A stretch of 64,000 nt of DNA from assembly GCA_951406725.2 (NCBI GenBank), contig OX597839.1:37634001-37698000 (forward strand), in the 5' to 3' direction. The position numbers were made by a program, and so were the translations under genes. Of this stretch, positions 39,768 to 54,275 are shown one piece after another. This stretch comes from Octopus vulgaris. Its lineage: Eukaryota. The notes under the pieces were generated by a model that had not been told where the DNA came from, ran no database searches, and saw only the letters and a program-made list of their open reading frames with translations. Within the stretch, counting starts at the first letter, position 1, and every line of letters starts with the position of its first letter.

Positions 39768-40166
39768 AGTGGAGGCACAATGGCCCAGTGGTTAGGGCAG
39801 CGGACTCGCGGTCATAGGATCGCAGTTTCGATTCCCAGACTGGGCGGTGTGAGTGTTTATTGAGCGAAAACACCTAAAAGCTCCTCGAGGCTCCGGCAGG
39901 GGATGGTGGTGATCCCTGCTGTACTCTTTCGCCCCAACTTTCTCTCACTCTTACTTCCTGTTTCTGTTGTACCTGTATTTCAAAGGGCCGGCCTTGTCAC
40001 TCTCTGTGTCATGCTGAATAATCCCCGAGAACTACGTTAGGGGTACACGTGTCTGTGGAGTGCTCAGACACTTACACGTTAATTTCATGAGCAGGCTGTT
40101 CCGTTGATTCGGATCAACCGGAACCCTCATCGTCGTAACCGACGGAGTGCTTCCCTTCCTCCTTCC
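39768..40166 (+). mobile_element. Family-C SINE nested in an older SINE
   Basis: TSD ttatatcacatt at 39756-39767 and 40167-40178; the host resumes as cttgagcaagacact...gctccagtccattcagctgg. Confidence 0.85.
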
Positions 40167-40376
40167 TTATATCACATTGCTCCAGTCCATTCAGCTGGCC
40201 AAAATGTGTTGTACCTGTATTTCAAAAGGGAACAAAACCTATCGACTATTTGTAAGAAGTGTTCTGAGTATTTCAAAGAATTGATTTCACAGGTAATTTT
40301 ACTTTTCATTACACCTGTACATCTGCTCCTTCTTTGCCAACCTGCTTATGTTGCCGCTCAACCATTTTGATACCAA

Positions 40377-41260
40377 CCTCCATGTACTCCCACATTCAAT
40401 GCTCCCTCTCTCCTGTGTTGCAGGCATCTTCTGTATATACTCTAACCCATGTTCTCATATTCCCCATGCATTCCAGTACTCCATGTTATCCTTTCCTCCA
40501 TGTACTCCCACATTCAATGCTCCCTCTCTCCTGTGTTGCAGGCATCTTCTGTATGTACTCTAACCCATGTTCTCATATTCCCCATGCACTCCAGTACTCC
40601 ATGTTATCCTTTCCTCCATGTACTCCCACATTCAATGCTCCCTCTCTCCTGTGTTGCAGGCATCTTCTGTATATACTCTAACCCATGTTCTCATATTCCC
40701 CATGCATTCCAGTACTCCATGTTATCCTTTCCTCCATGCACTCCCACATTCAATGCTCCCTCTCTCCTGTGTTGCAGGCATCTTCTGTATGTACTCTAAC
40801 CCATGTTCTCATATTCCCCATGCATTCCAGTACTCCATGTTATCCTTTCCTCCATGTACTCCCACATTCAATGCTCTCTCTCTCTCTCCTGTGTTGCAGG
40901 CATCTTCTGTATGTACTCTAACCCATGTTCTCATATTCCCCATGCACTCCAGTACTCCATGTTATCCTTTCCTCCATGTACTCCCACATTCAATGCTCTC
41001 TCTCTCCCGTGTTGCAGGCATCTTCTGTATGTACTCTAACCCATGTTCTCATATTCCCCATGCATTCCAGTACTCCATGTTATCCTTTCCTCCATGTACT
41101 CCCACATTCAATGCTCTCTCTCTCCTGTGTTGCAGGCATCTTCTGTATGTACTCTAACCCATGTTCTCATATTCCCCATGCACTCCAGTACTCCATGTTA
41201 TCCTTTCCTCCATGTACTCCCACATTCAATGCTCTCTCTCTCCTGTGTTGCAGGCATTTT
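40377..41260 (+). repeat. 118-bp tandem array containing the NAA38 splice acceptor
   Basis: gtgttgcaG ends at 40423, 40541, 40659, 40777, 40899, 41017, 41135 and 41253 (the last is the real acceptor). Confidence 0.95.
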
Positions 41261-41325
41261 CCTCTGCACCGACAGAGACCGGAATGTCATTCTTGGCTCC
41301 TGTGAAGAATATCTGAATTCCCCTG
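41254..41325 (+). CDS. NAA38: NAA38 internal exon
   Basis: gttgcag| (G)IFLCTDRDRNVILGSCEEYLNSP |gtgagt; FLCTDRDxNVILG is typical of LSMD1. Confidence 0.93.
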
Positions 41326-41475
41326 GTGAGTTTAAACACTCTGTCCTAACCTAGTCACATGGACACCCAGACATACAGACATACATCACAGTTACATAAT
41401 CATATAACCACATAGACATGTACGCCTATACTCACACACACACACACGCACACGTCTTGTCGCATGCACATATAT

Positions 41476-41703
41476 ATTTCTTTACTACCCACAAGGGGCT
41501 AAACACAGAGGGGACAAACAAGGACAGACAAACGGATTAAGTCGATTACATCGACCCCAGTGCGTAACTGGTACTCAATTTATCGACCCCGAAAGGATGA
41601 AAGGCAAAGTCGACCTCGACGGAATTTGAACTCAGAACGTAACGGCAGACAAAATACGGCTACACATTTCGCCCGGCGTGCTAACGGTTCTGCCAGCTTG
41701 CCG
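41476..41703 (-). mobile_element. Family-B SINE
   Basis: Full reverse copy flanked by cgcatgcacatata repeats (TSD). Confidence 0.85.
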
Positions 41704-41844
41704 CATGCACATATAATCACCTACACAGTCACATACACATCGTTACACAGACCAGTGCTTCTCAAACTATCAGTTGTAGTGTACCAGCAGTTTTTTTTTC
41801 CCACTGTGTCAGGGACCAGTAATATTATTTCTTAGCAATATTAA

Positions 41845-43434
<1,590 letters not shown>

Positions 43435-43480
43435 CGTATGTTTATTTGTTTATTTACTTCTTTTCCTTTTAATTTTCCAG

Positions 43481-43593
43481 ATGCTGAAGAACCAGAAGAG
43501 CCCCGAATTCTTGGCCTTGCTATGGTTCCCGGTCACCATATTGTTAGCTTACATGTTGATGATTGCAAAGCCCTTACCCCTGAAGTCATGTGA
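43481..43593 (+). CDS. NAA38: NAA38 last coding exon
   Basis: ttttccag| (D)AEEPEEPRILGLAMVPGHHIVSLHVDDCKALTPEVM*; Sm motif 2. Confidence 0.95.
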
Positions 43594-43623
43594 TCCCTAC
43601 ACCTTCCAATAATAATATTTATT

Positions 43624-43629
43624 AATAAA
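43624..43629 (+). terminator. Candidate polyadenylation signal for NAA38
   Basis: AATAAA about 30 nt after the stop, followed by T- and GT-rich sequence. Confidence 0.5.
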
Positions 43630-43832
43630 ACACCCTTTTTTTTTTTGCTTTCGTTGTCGTATATTTTATAAACTTGTTGTTTGTTTTTATTTTTATTTAT
43701 TTTCTCCTCTGTTGTTTGATGTTTCTGAGAGAAAGGGGCCATCATCGTCATCGTCACCATCACCATCATCACTATTGTCATTGTTTTCACATCTACTTTT
43801 CCATGCTTGCATGGGTTGGAGGGAATATATTG

Positions 43833-44324
43833 AGGCAGCGAGCTGGCAGAATCGTTAGCACGTCGGACGAAATGCGTAGCCGTATTTCGTCTGCCGTTAC
43901 GTTCTGAGTTCAAATTCCACCGAGGTCGACTTTGCCTTTCATCCTTTCAGGGTCGATAAATTAAGTACCTATTTCTTTATTACCCACAAGGGGCTAAACA
44001 CAGAGGGGACAAACAAGGACATAGGTATTAAGTCGATTACATCGACCCCAGTGCGTAACTGGTACTTAATTTATCGACCCAGAAAGGATGAAAGGCAAAG
44101 TCGACCTCGGCGGAATTTGAACTCACAACGTAACGGCAGACGAAATACTGCTAAGCATTTCGCCCAACGTGCTAACGTTTCTGCCAGCTTGCCGCCTTTT
44201 AATTAAGTAAATTAAGATAAATTAAGTACCAGTTATGCACTGGGGTCGATGTAATCGACTTAATCCATTTGTCTGTCCTTGTTTGTCCCCTCTGTGTTTA
44301 ACCCCTTGTAGGCAGTAAAGAAAT
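43833..44324. mobile_element. Family-B SINE with a second family-B SINE inserted in reverse orientation
   Basis: Outer TSD atatattgaggcag (43825-43838 and 44325-44338); inner TSD gataaattaagtacc (43955-43969 and 44216-44230). Confidence 0.88.
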
Positions 44325-45753
44325 ATATATTGAGGCAGATTTTCTATGGCCGGAAACCCTTTTTATGTCACCCAGCTGACTCCTGTTTCTTCTGAGCAAG
44401 GTAATATTACCCCATGACCAGGTAGGCTTTTGTTGATTTTTGGAAATGAAAGTCGCACTTAGTTACAACCATCACGCAATATCAAGACAAAGTGACACAA
44501 ACAAACAATCACACACCTCTTCTTCATCAGCATCACTTGACATCCATGTTCCATGTTGTCATGGCTTGAACGGTCTGACAGGATTCAATGGGTCTAAGGA
44601 ATGGATCATACTTTGACATGTTTTCTACAGCTGGATGCCCTTCCTAATGCACTGGGTACCTTCTTATTTCGTTACTGCCTATAAGGGGCTACACACAGAC
44701 TGGACAAACAAGGACATTATCATCATCGTTTAACGTCTGCTATCCATGCTAGCATGGGTTGGACGGTTCAACTGGGTTCTGGGAAGCTAGGAGGCTGCAC
44801 TAGGCTCCAGTCTGATCTGGCAGTGTTTCTACAGCTGGATGCCCTTCCTAACGCCAACCACTCCGAGAGTGTAGTGGGTGCTTTTTACGTGCCACCGGTA
44901 CAGGTGCCAGACGAGGCTGGCAAATGGCCATGATCGGATGGTGCTTTTTACATGCCACCGGCACGGGAGCCAGGCGAGGCTGGCAATGGCCACAAATGGA
45001 TGGTGCTTTTTACGTGCCACCGGCATGAGGCCAGTCGGGGCGGTGCTGGGCAGACAAACGGATTTTGAAAACAGGACATTTGTACTCAGAGCCAGAGCCA
45101 GTTTCAGCCGGGTTGGTAACAAAAGGGTTAAACAAGTCACACATTCAAAAAATGCACACATCTGAGTCTGTTGTAAGGTCAACCAACACATTGAAATCTA
45201 ACTCCCTTTTTGAAAAATTCTCCCCTGATGAAATTCACAATTTACCAGTTTCATTATGAAAATTTAAATTAAATTAATTTAATTTAATTTCTGTAATTGA
45301 ACTAACTGGATATGGAAATTGCTGTAGGACAGGAATTTCATTACATCATCATCATCATCATCATCGTTTAACATCCGTTCTCCATGCTAGCATGGGTTGG
45401 ACGGTTCGACCGGGGATCTGGGAAGCCAGAAGGCTGCACCAGGCTCCAGTCTGATTTGGCAGTGTTTCTATGGCTGGATGCCCTTCCTAACGCCAACCAC
45501 TTCGTGAGTGTAGTGGGTGCTTTTTACGTGCCACCGGCCACGATCGGATAGGTACTTTTTACGTGCCACCGGCCACGATCGGATAGGTACTTTTTACGTG
45601 CCCCCGGCACGGAAGCCAGTCAAGGCGGCGCTGGTATCGGCCACGTTCGGATGGTGCTTTGATTCCAATATCTTTGAATAAACTGATGTCTGCTTATCAC
45701 TTTCTCCATTTTCTTCCTTTTCTCTCTCTCTCTCTCTCTCTCACCCCCCCCCA

Positions 45754-45786
<33 letters not shown>

Positions 45787-46063
45787 TTATATATATATGT
45801 ACACATGGCAGGTGTGGATGTGTGGTAAGAAGTGGGCTTTCCAACCACATGGTTCTGGGTTCAGTCCCACAGGGTAATACCTTGGGCAAGTGTCTTCTAC
45901 TATAGCCTCAGGCCAGCCAAAGCCTTGTGAGTGGATCTGGTAGACGGAAACTGAAAAGAAGCCCATCATATGTATGTATATATCTATGTGTGTGTGACTG
46001 TGTGTGTCTTTGTCCCTTTTACTACTGCTTGACAACCAGTGTATACATACACACATACACACA

Positions 46064-46097
<34 letters not shown>

Positions 46098-46108
46098 AAT
46101 ATATATAT

Positions 46109-46221
<113 letters not shown>

Positions 46222-46342
46222 TATATGAATGAAACAGTTCTAGTCCTGTAGAAGCTCCTTCTATATAATAAATTAATTTTACTCTGCTATGTATTGAGTA
46301 CCTTATTTACTGTGGTTAACCCCGAATCAACCCGGGACCTAC

Positions 46343-46441
<99 letters not shown>

Positions 46442-47487
46442 CACACATACACACACATATATGTATATATATACACATGCTCACACACACACATACGTAT
46501 ATGTACAGATCGCAGGCATGACACACATATATGTTATGATGGCATTTTACAGGTAAACTGTACACACAGATAAACTATATACAGAGGTGAACTATTTTAA
46601 ATAATCTCACACAAAGAAGAATATAGAAAATACTGAGAAATTTACAATGAAAGGTGTGTGTGTGTGTATGTATGTATATACATAAATGTATATATGGGGA
46701 GAGAGTGAGAGAGATGGCTATATTAAATATTTATCAATGTGACAAGAGTCCAAATGTTGCATGGTTAAATAAATGATTATGATGATGATGATGCTCATCA
46801 CCACCACCACCACCAACATTATCACCACTGCCACCACCGCCAATACCATCTGACCATCCTTGACTTTATCGTTACTACAATGTCAACATCCCTGCTACCA
46901 CCACCACTGCCACCACCACCACCACCACCACCACCACCATCGTCATTGCAACCATGAGCCACGTGGCTGTTTGATCTGCTGAGTACAGCAGTCGAATCTC
47001 CCTCAAGTCACAAACTACCATCTTAGAAAAACAAAAAAACAAAAAATAAGGAAGGTAAAAAATGACACATTGGTTTCTAGGAAAAAAATATAGGATGGTC
47101 ACGACTGGATTGGCTTTAATCATAAACATATTTGATCAGGCTTGTTGCTATAGTTAAACAACAGCTTTGCCCCCCCCCCCAGTTTCTCCTGTTTAAACTT
47201 TGATACCAATGGACTTGATAAGTCTCTCTGAAGATGTTTATTTTTTCTCTCTCTCAGTGTGTATATGTTCATGTGTAGATTAATGTGTGTGTTTATGCCA
47301 GTATGTGTGTGTGTGTGTGTGTGTGTGTATCTGCGTATATCTGTGTGTATATAGTGTGTTCTTGTATACTGTAGATTATGTGTGTATGACTGTACGTGTG
47401 TGCGTGTGTAAGTATCTACACGTGTGTGTGTTAATGTATATCCATATATGTAGTGTGTGTGTGTGTGTGTTTATGCTAGCCTTTGCG

Positions 47488-47536
<49 letters not shown>

Positions 47537-47537
47537 A

Positions 47538-47598
<61 letters not shown>

Positions 47599-47873
47599 AT
47601 TAATGTCGCCAAGTCAGCTCTCATCAGACATGATGAAAGACATTCCATCAATGACAACCCTGTCTGTTCAAAAATATCTACAAGTACATTGTCTATCATT
47701 GTTGCATATGCTTACCTACCTAGACACACACACACAAATATATATATATATACATACATACATACATACATACATACACATACATACATATATGTAGTAT
47801 AGTATGTGTGTGTGTGTATAGAAACGTACTATATACATGTACATATATAGATATACGTACACACACACACACA

Positions 47874-47920
<47 letters not shown>

Positions 47921-48158
47921 GTATAAATTTATATATACATGCACATATATATATATGTATAAAAAATTATGTATATATATATATACACATATACACACAC
48001 AGATACGTGCATATATAAGACATAAGAGAACGACATTTAAGGAAGATTTGGCTGCTATCTCAGGAAAAGCTAACAACAATGTAGAACACATCTCGTTATC
48101 TTTCACTGTGTGTGCGTGGGTGCGTGCGTGCATGCGTGCGTGTGTGTGTGTGTGTGTG

Positions 48159-48191
<33 letters not shown>

Positions 48192-48222
48192 CAAGGTATA
48201 CATTTACAGTCCAGACATCAAA

Positions 48223-48291
48223 ATGTCTTTCACGAGCCAAGAAAATGAAGAATCGATGGGAATATACGATTACAGTATTAACTGTGACATG
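48223..48291 (+). CDS. CLCN6: Probable first coding exon of CLCN6
   Basis: aaaATG MSFTSQENEESMGIYDYSINCDM |gtgagt. Unique island among microsatellites with a strong donor and phase 0 matching the next exon. The N-terminus is poorly conserved, so this call is tentative. Confidence 0.5.
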
Positions 48292-48900
48292 GTGAGTAGT
48301 TACACACACATATATATATATACATACACACAGCCACATACACATATATATATATATACATACAAACATATATATATATATATACACACGTGTATGTATA
48401 TGTATACACACACAGACTCCTATTTTTATATGAATGTCTGGCATATCCATGTGTCTAAATATGTGTGTATGTGTATATGCGTGTGTCTATGTGTATATAT
48501 ATATATATATATATGCATGTGTGTGTATATATGTATGTGTGTGAGCATACATATATGTATAGATATATATGCGTGTATGTGTGTATATGTATGAGTGTGT
48601 ATGTATGTGTATATGCGTGTGGATATGTGTCTGTGTATATATATATATATGCGTGTGTGTGTGTATATATGTATGTGTGTGAGCATACATATATGTATAG
48701 ATATATATGCGTGTATGTGTGTATATGTATGAGTGTGTATGTATGTGTATATGCGTGTGGATATGTGTCTGTATATATATATATATGCGTGTGTGTGTGT
48801 ATATATGTATGTGTGTGAGCATACATATATGTATAGATATATATGCGTGTATGTGTGTGTATGTATTTATTCTTGTGTTTGTATATATGTGTGTGTATGT

Positions 48901-49325
48901 AGGAGTGGCTGTGTGTTAAGTAGCTTGTTTACCAACCACATGGTTCCGGGTTCAGTCCCACTACGTGGCACCTTGGGCAAGTGTCTTCTACTATAGCCTC
49001 AGGCTGACCAAAGCCTTGTGAGTGGATTTGGTAGACGGAAACTGAAAGAAGCCCGTCGTATATATGTGTACATATATATACATATATATGTGTGTGAGTG
49101 TGTTTATGTTTGTGTGTCTGTATTTGTCCCCACAACATCGCGCAACAACCGATGCTGGTGTGTTTACGTCCCCGTAACTTGGCGGTTTGGCAAAAGAGAC
49201 TGATCGAATAAGTATTAGGCTTACAAGGAATAAGTCCTGGGGTTGATTTGCTCGACTAAAAGGCGGTGCTCCAGCATGGCCACAGTCAAATGACTGAAAC
49301 AAGTAAAAAGAGTAAAAAAGAGAGA
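48901..49325 (+). mobile_element. Family-A SINE
   Basis: Full copy, followed by a reverse copy at 49607-50008 and a forward 3' half to 50150. Confidence 0.85.
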
Positions 49326-51097
49326 GAGTATATGTGTGTGTATCTATGGATACATTTTTTGTATATAAAAATGTGTTTAACATATGTATATATTGAGAAA
49401 CACAGCATTGACAGGACACTCTCTATCCTTATATATATATATATATATGAGCATGGGGAGATATACGCAAACACACTCATCCACACATAGGTGTATATAC
49501 TCACAGGTGTAGAATATATTTATTTCTGATACAAAATATGTTTGACAGATACCTTACTTTCTCAGGTCTCCATCTTTCTCAGATGGTATGTGTGTGTGTG
49601 TATATATTTACTCTTTACTCTTTTACTTGTTTCAGTCATTTGACTGCGGCCATGCTGGAGCACTGCCTTTAATCGAGCAAATCGACCCCGGGACTTATTC
49701 TTTTGTAAGCCCAGTACTTATTCTATCGGTCTCTTTTGCCGAACCGCTAAGTAACGGGGACATAAACACACCAGCATCGGTTGTCAACCAATGCTAGGGG
49801 GACAAACATAGACACACAAACACACACATGCATATATATATAAATATACATATATACGACGGGCTTCTTTTCAGTTTCCGTCTACCAAATCCACTCATAA
49901 GGCTTTGGTCAGCCCGAGGCTATAGTAGAAGACACTTGCCCAAGGTGCCACGCAGTGGGACTGAGCCCGGAACCATGTGGTTAGTAAACAAGCTACTTAC
50001 CACACAGCTTAGCGGTTTGGCATAAGAGACCGATAGAATAAGTACTGGGCTTACAAAGAATAAGTCCCGGGGTCGATTTGCTCGACTAAAGGCAGTGCTC
50101 CAGCATGGCCGCAGTCAAATGACTGAAACAAGTAAAAGAGTAAAGAGAGAGAGAGTGGCCCAGAGTGTAAAAATTTAGTCAATAGACTATATATTATTCA
50201 TATAAATACAGTGTACACTTAAACACATAAGAGGTAGCCATCATACGGCTACCTTCACGCTATAAGGGGAAATAAATATAGCAAGTCCTGATGATTGAAA
50301 CTTTCGAAGAATATAGACATTGCTGAAGTGATGGGTGCCGGCAGATTTGCTTTCTTTACCAAAAGGAAAATATGTTAATAGTCTCAACACTATCCGTTTT
50401 CGGTGGAGGTGTGTAGTTACTTAAATCAATGAGTACCAGTAATTTCATCGGGGCTACTTCATTGATGCTTTTGACGAGTTGAATAAAAGGTGAAGCTGAC
50501 GTTAACGGATGTGAATCAAGAACATTCAGGATCATAATTATATGTTGTAATGTATTTTAGCCAATGTTCAATAAATCTAACGACAAAAAAAGTTTTTCTT
50601 TCAGGGGAGGTAACTCCTCTGAAGATTATGAAGATTTATGGCTCATGGATATTCGCTCGTGCATAGCGACCCTAGTAACCTCATTAGCTAGTCACTCACA
50701 GAGCGTAATGAAAAGAGAACGACGGATTATGTAATGAACTTCATTAGCTTTCAGATGTTTCTGCTACATGATGAAATGCGCTCAAAATTGAGTTTTTGCG
50801 TATCACCTAATAACTTCGTCGGAGCTTAAAAAAAATGAAGTGCAATTGTATTTGGGAAAACATGTGTATGTGTGTATTATACTCTCTCTCTTACTCTTTT
50901 ACTTGTTTCAGTCATTTGACTGCGGCCATGCTGGGGCACCGCCTTTAGTCGAGCAAACCGACCCCAAGACTTATTCTTTGTAAGCCTAGTATTTATTCTA
51001 ACGTTCTCACACACATTCTTCGTGGTAATGGTGATTTGACGTCTATGTTTAGCATATAGGGTGTCCACTTTAGTGGTCATTCCTCTTAATTTTGTAT

Positions 51098-51148
<51 letters not shown>

Positions 51149-51313
51149 GTATATATATATGAATATATATATATATTGTATATATATATATATTCATATA
51201 TATATATATGAATATGAATATATATATATATATGTATATATATTCACACACACATATATATATATATATATATTCACACAAACATCTCTGTTAGTTTATC
51301 TCTCTCCCTCTCT

Positions 51314-51387
<74 letters not shown>

Positions 51388-51531
51388 CTGCATACGTTGG
51401 TTTATGTTGGATGAATGAGAGAGAGGTGCTTAATGCATGTTATGCCTATCCTCACTCTCCCCTCCCCCCACCATGCATACACAAAACACATGGTTGTATA
51501 TTAGTCTCATTCATAATATCTCTTCTTTCAG

Positions 51532-51600
51532 AATGTCCTGTTACGGTTGAGGAAACTCTCCCAGAATGAAGATCCCGCTTTGGCTAACAAGGACTATGAG
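51532..51600 (+). CDS. CLCN6: CLCN6 exon
   Basis: ctttcag| NVLLRLRKLSQNEDPALANKDYE |gtaagt; joins the next exon to give KDYESLDYD. Confidence 0.85.
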
Positions 51601-52540
51601 GTAAGTTTTAGGGGAGCTGTCATTACGGTGTGGCTGCAGTGGTGGTGGCGGAGGCGTTTGTGCTGCTGCTTGTAGTGACGATGATGACAATGGCAACTAT
51701 GATGATGATGATGATGCTAGGGGTGGTGGTGTTGGTACTTGATGATGTTGCTGCTGCTGCTGCTGCTGATGATGATGTTGATGATGATGATGGCAGAATC
51801 GTTAGCAAGCTGGACGAAATGCTTAGCAATATGTTTTCCGGGTTGACAATCTGATTTCAAATCTTGCCGAGGTTGACTTTGCCTTTCATCCTTTCAGGAT
51901 CGATAAACTAAAGTACCAGTCAGATACTGGTGTCAATGCCATCTATTGCCCCTTCCCCTCAATTTTTCAGACCTTGTGCTTATACTAAAAGAAAAAAAAA
52001 AGGGATTGTTATTGTTGTTGCCACTATTGTCCTGGTCATTATTGCTGCCACCGACACCTCCACTGCTGCTGCTACTGTTGTTGTTGCTGATGTTGTTATT
52101 GTTGTCTGGGCTGGATTAAGATGCATAGTAACCCTACACCCATCTATTCGTCCACCCACTTACCCATCCATCAATCCATCTAACCATCTGTCTAACCGTT
52201 CCTCACCATCCATCCATCCACCCATCCATCCGTCCACCCATCCACCCATCCATCCATCCACTCACCCATCCACCCATCCATCCATCCACTCACCCATCCA
52301 CCCATCCATCCATCCACTCACCCATCCATCCATCCACTCACCCATCCATCCATCCATCCATCCATCCATCCATCCATCCATCCATCCACCCATCCATCCG
52401 TCCACTCACCCATCCATCCACCCATCCATCCGTCCATCCATCCATCCATCCATCCATCCATCCATCCATCCATCCATCCACTCATTCAGCCCTCCATCCT
52501 CCAATCCACCCCACTAATTGCTCTCTATTTCCACCCCCAG

Positions 52541-52609
52541 AGTCTCGACTACGATTGGTGTTTCAACAAACCCTACCGAGCCATGTTGCAGGAGAAACAG
52601 AAAAGATTC
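52541..52609 (+). CDS. CLCN6: CLCN6 exon
   Basis: ccccag| [23 protein letters not shown] |gtgagt. Confidence 0.92.
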
Positions 52610-52627
52610 GTGAGTACACCACCTCTT

Positions 52628-52990
<363 letters not shown>

Positions 52991-53205
52991 CCTCCTCCAT
53001 TGTGATTTGAACTGATCCACCACACCTTGTCTTTTGCGGTCGTAACGTTTATCAGGAACGCTGGTTCTGCGAGGTTCCTTTTTGGGTTTGCCACATTCCG
53101 TGCAACGCAACGCAATGCATCGTGCAGCAGAGACCGATGCAAATATGTTGCAGTATGAATATTGTGCAGTTCAGTCTTTCAAATTAGCCTTTATCTCTTT
53201 TGCAG

Positions 53206-53271
53206 CCGGAAGTAAGAATCGAACTCGTGAAATGGGTCGTCACATTTTTCGTTGGTTTTCTGACAGCAATG
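53206..53271 (+). CDS. CLCN6: CLCN6 exon (helix B start)
   Basis: ttttgcag| PEVRIELVKWVVTFFVGFLTAM |gtaagt. Confidence 0.9.
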
Positions 53272-53770
53272 GTAAGTAGGATGGTCGATGGTATGTTTAG
53301 GCTCACTCACCTTCATTTCAAGGTGAGTGAGCCAAAACTTCGAAGTCCCTGTCAACGTTTCCCTTGTAAACAGTAATCCACTAAAATGTTCTGAGTAAAC
53401 CTTCAGTTTGTTGTTAAGTTGTCTCTCTTTACTCTTTTACTTGTTTCAGTCATTTGACTGCAGCCATGCTGGAGCACCGTCTTTAATCGAGCAAATCGAC
53501 CCCAGGACTTATTCGTTGTAAGCCTAGTACTTATTGTATCGGTCTCTTTTGCTGAACCGCTACGTTACGGGGACGTAAACATACCAGCATCGGTTGTCAA
53601 GCGATGTTCTGGTGAAGAGATGTGGTTGTCATTACTGATGCCATCTCAAGCCGGTACAACGTTGTAATTAGAGACAATCTCTGTCAAATAAGCTATTGTT
53701 ATTTTTCAATGTTGCATTGACTATCGATCGCTGTTACTGGTCTTATGTCAAAATTTGAAACTGTATTATT

Positions 53771-53862
<92 letters not shown>

Positions 53863-54208
53863 CATATCATCTTAATTTTGATGGGAGGGTACTTGTTGAT
53901 ACCATTGAAATTCTTACCCCATCCAGTATTTTATTTTATCAACCCCGAAAGGATGAAAGGCCAAGTCAGGCTCAGCAACTTCAGGCTCAGCAACTTCAGG
54001 CTCGGCAACTTTGCCTTTCCTCCTTTCAGAGTGGGGTCGATGTAATGGATTTACCCCCTCCACTGAAATTGCTGGCCTTGTGCCAAAATTGGAAACCGAT
54101 TTTATTGCAGTTATTTAAGACATCATCATTGTTCAAATCTCAGGTAGCTTTTGTTTTTGTGTTTGTTGAATCCGTTTTTGTTGTTATTGTTTTTCTTATT
54201 GCTTCCAG

Positions 54209-54275
54209 GTCGCTCTCTTCATCGACAGCATTGTGAAATTGCTGAATTCCTGGAAGTTCTCGACCATCAACAAAT
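54209..54275 (+). CDS. CLCN6: CLCN6 exon followed by a U12 intron
   Basis: ttccag| VALFIDSIVKLLNSWKFSTINK+t |GTATCCTTT. Confidence 0.9.

Noticed and set aside
40334-41354. Repetitive Cys/His/Pro-rich ORFs, superficially like a repeat protein or CRISPR-like array
   Set aside because: Units are near-identical with no unique spacers and a period not divisible by three. Only 41254-41325 is supported as coding.
47600-47720. Unique-looking island upstream of CLCN6 as a possible extra exon
   Set aside because: No acceptor/donor pair. It resembles degraded repeat tails seen elsewhere (about 35850-35930 and 47060-47150).
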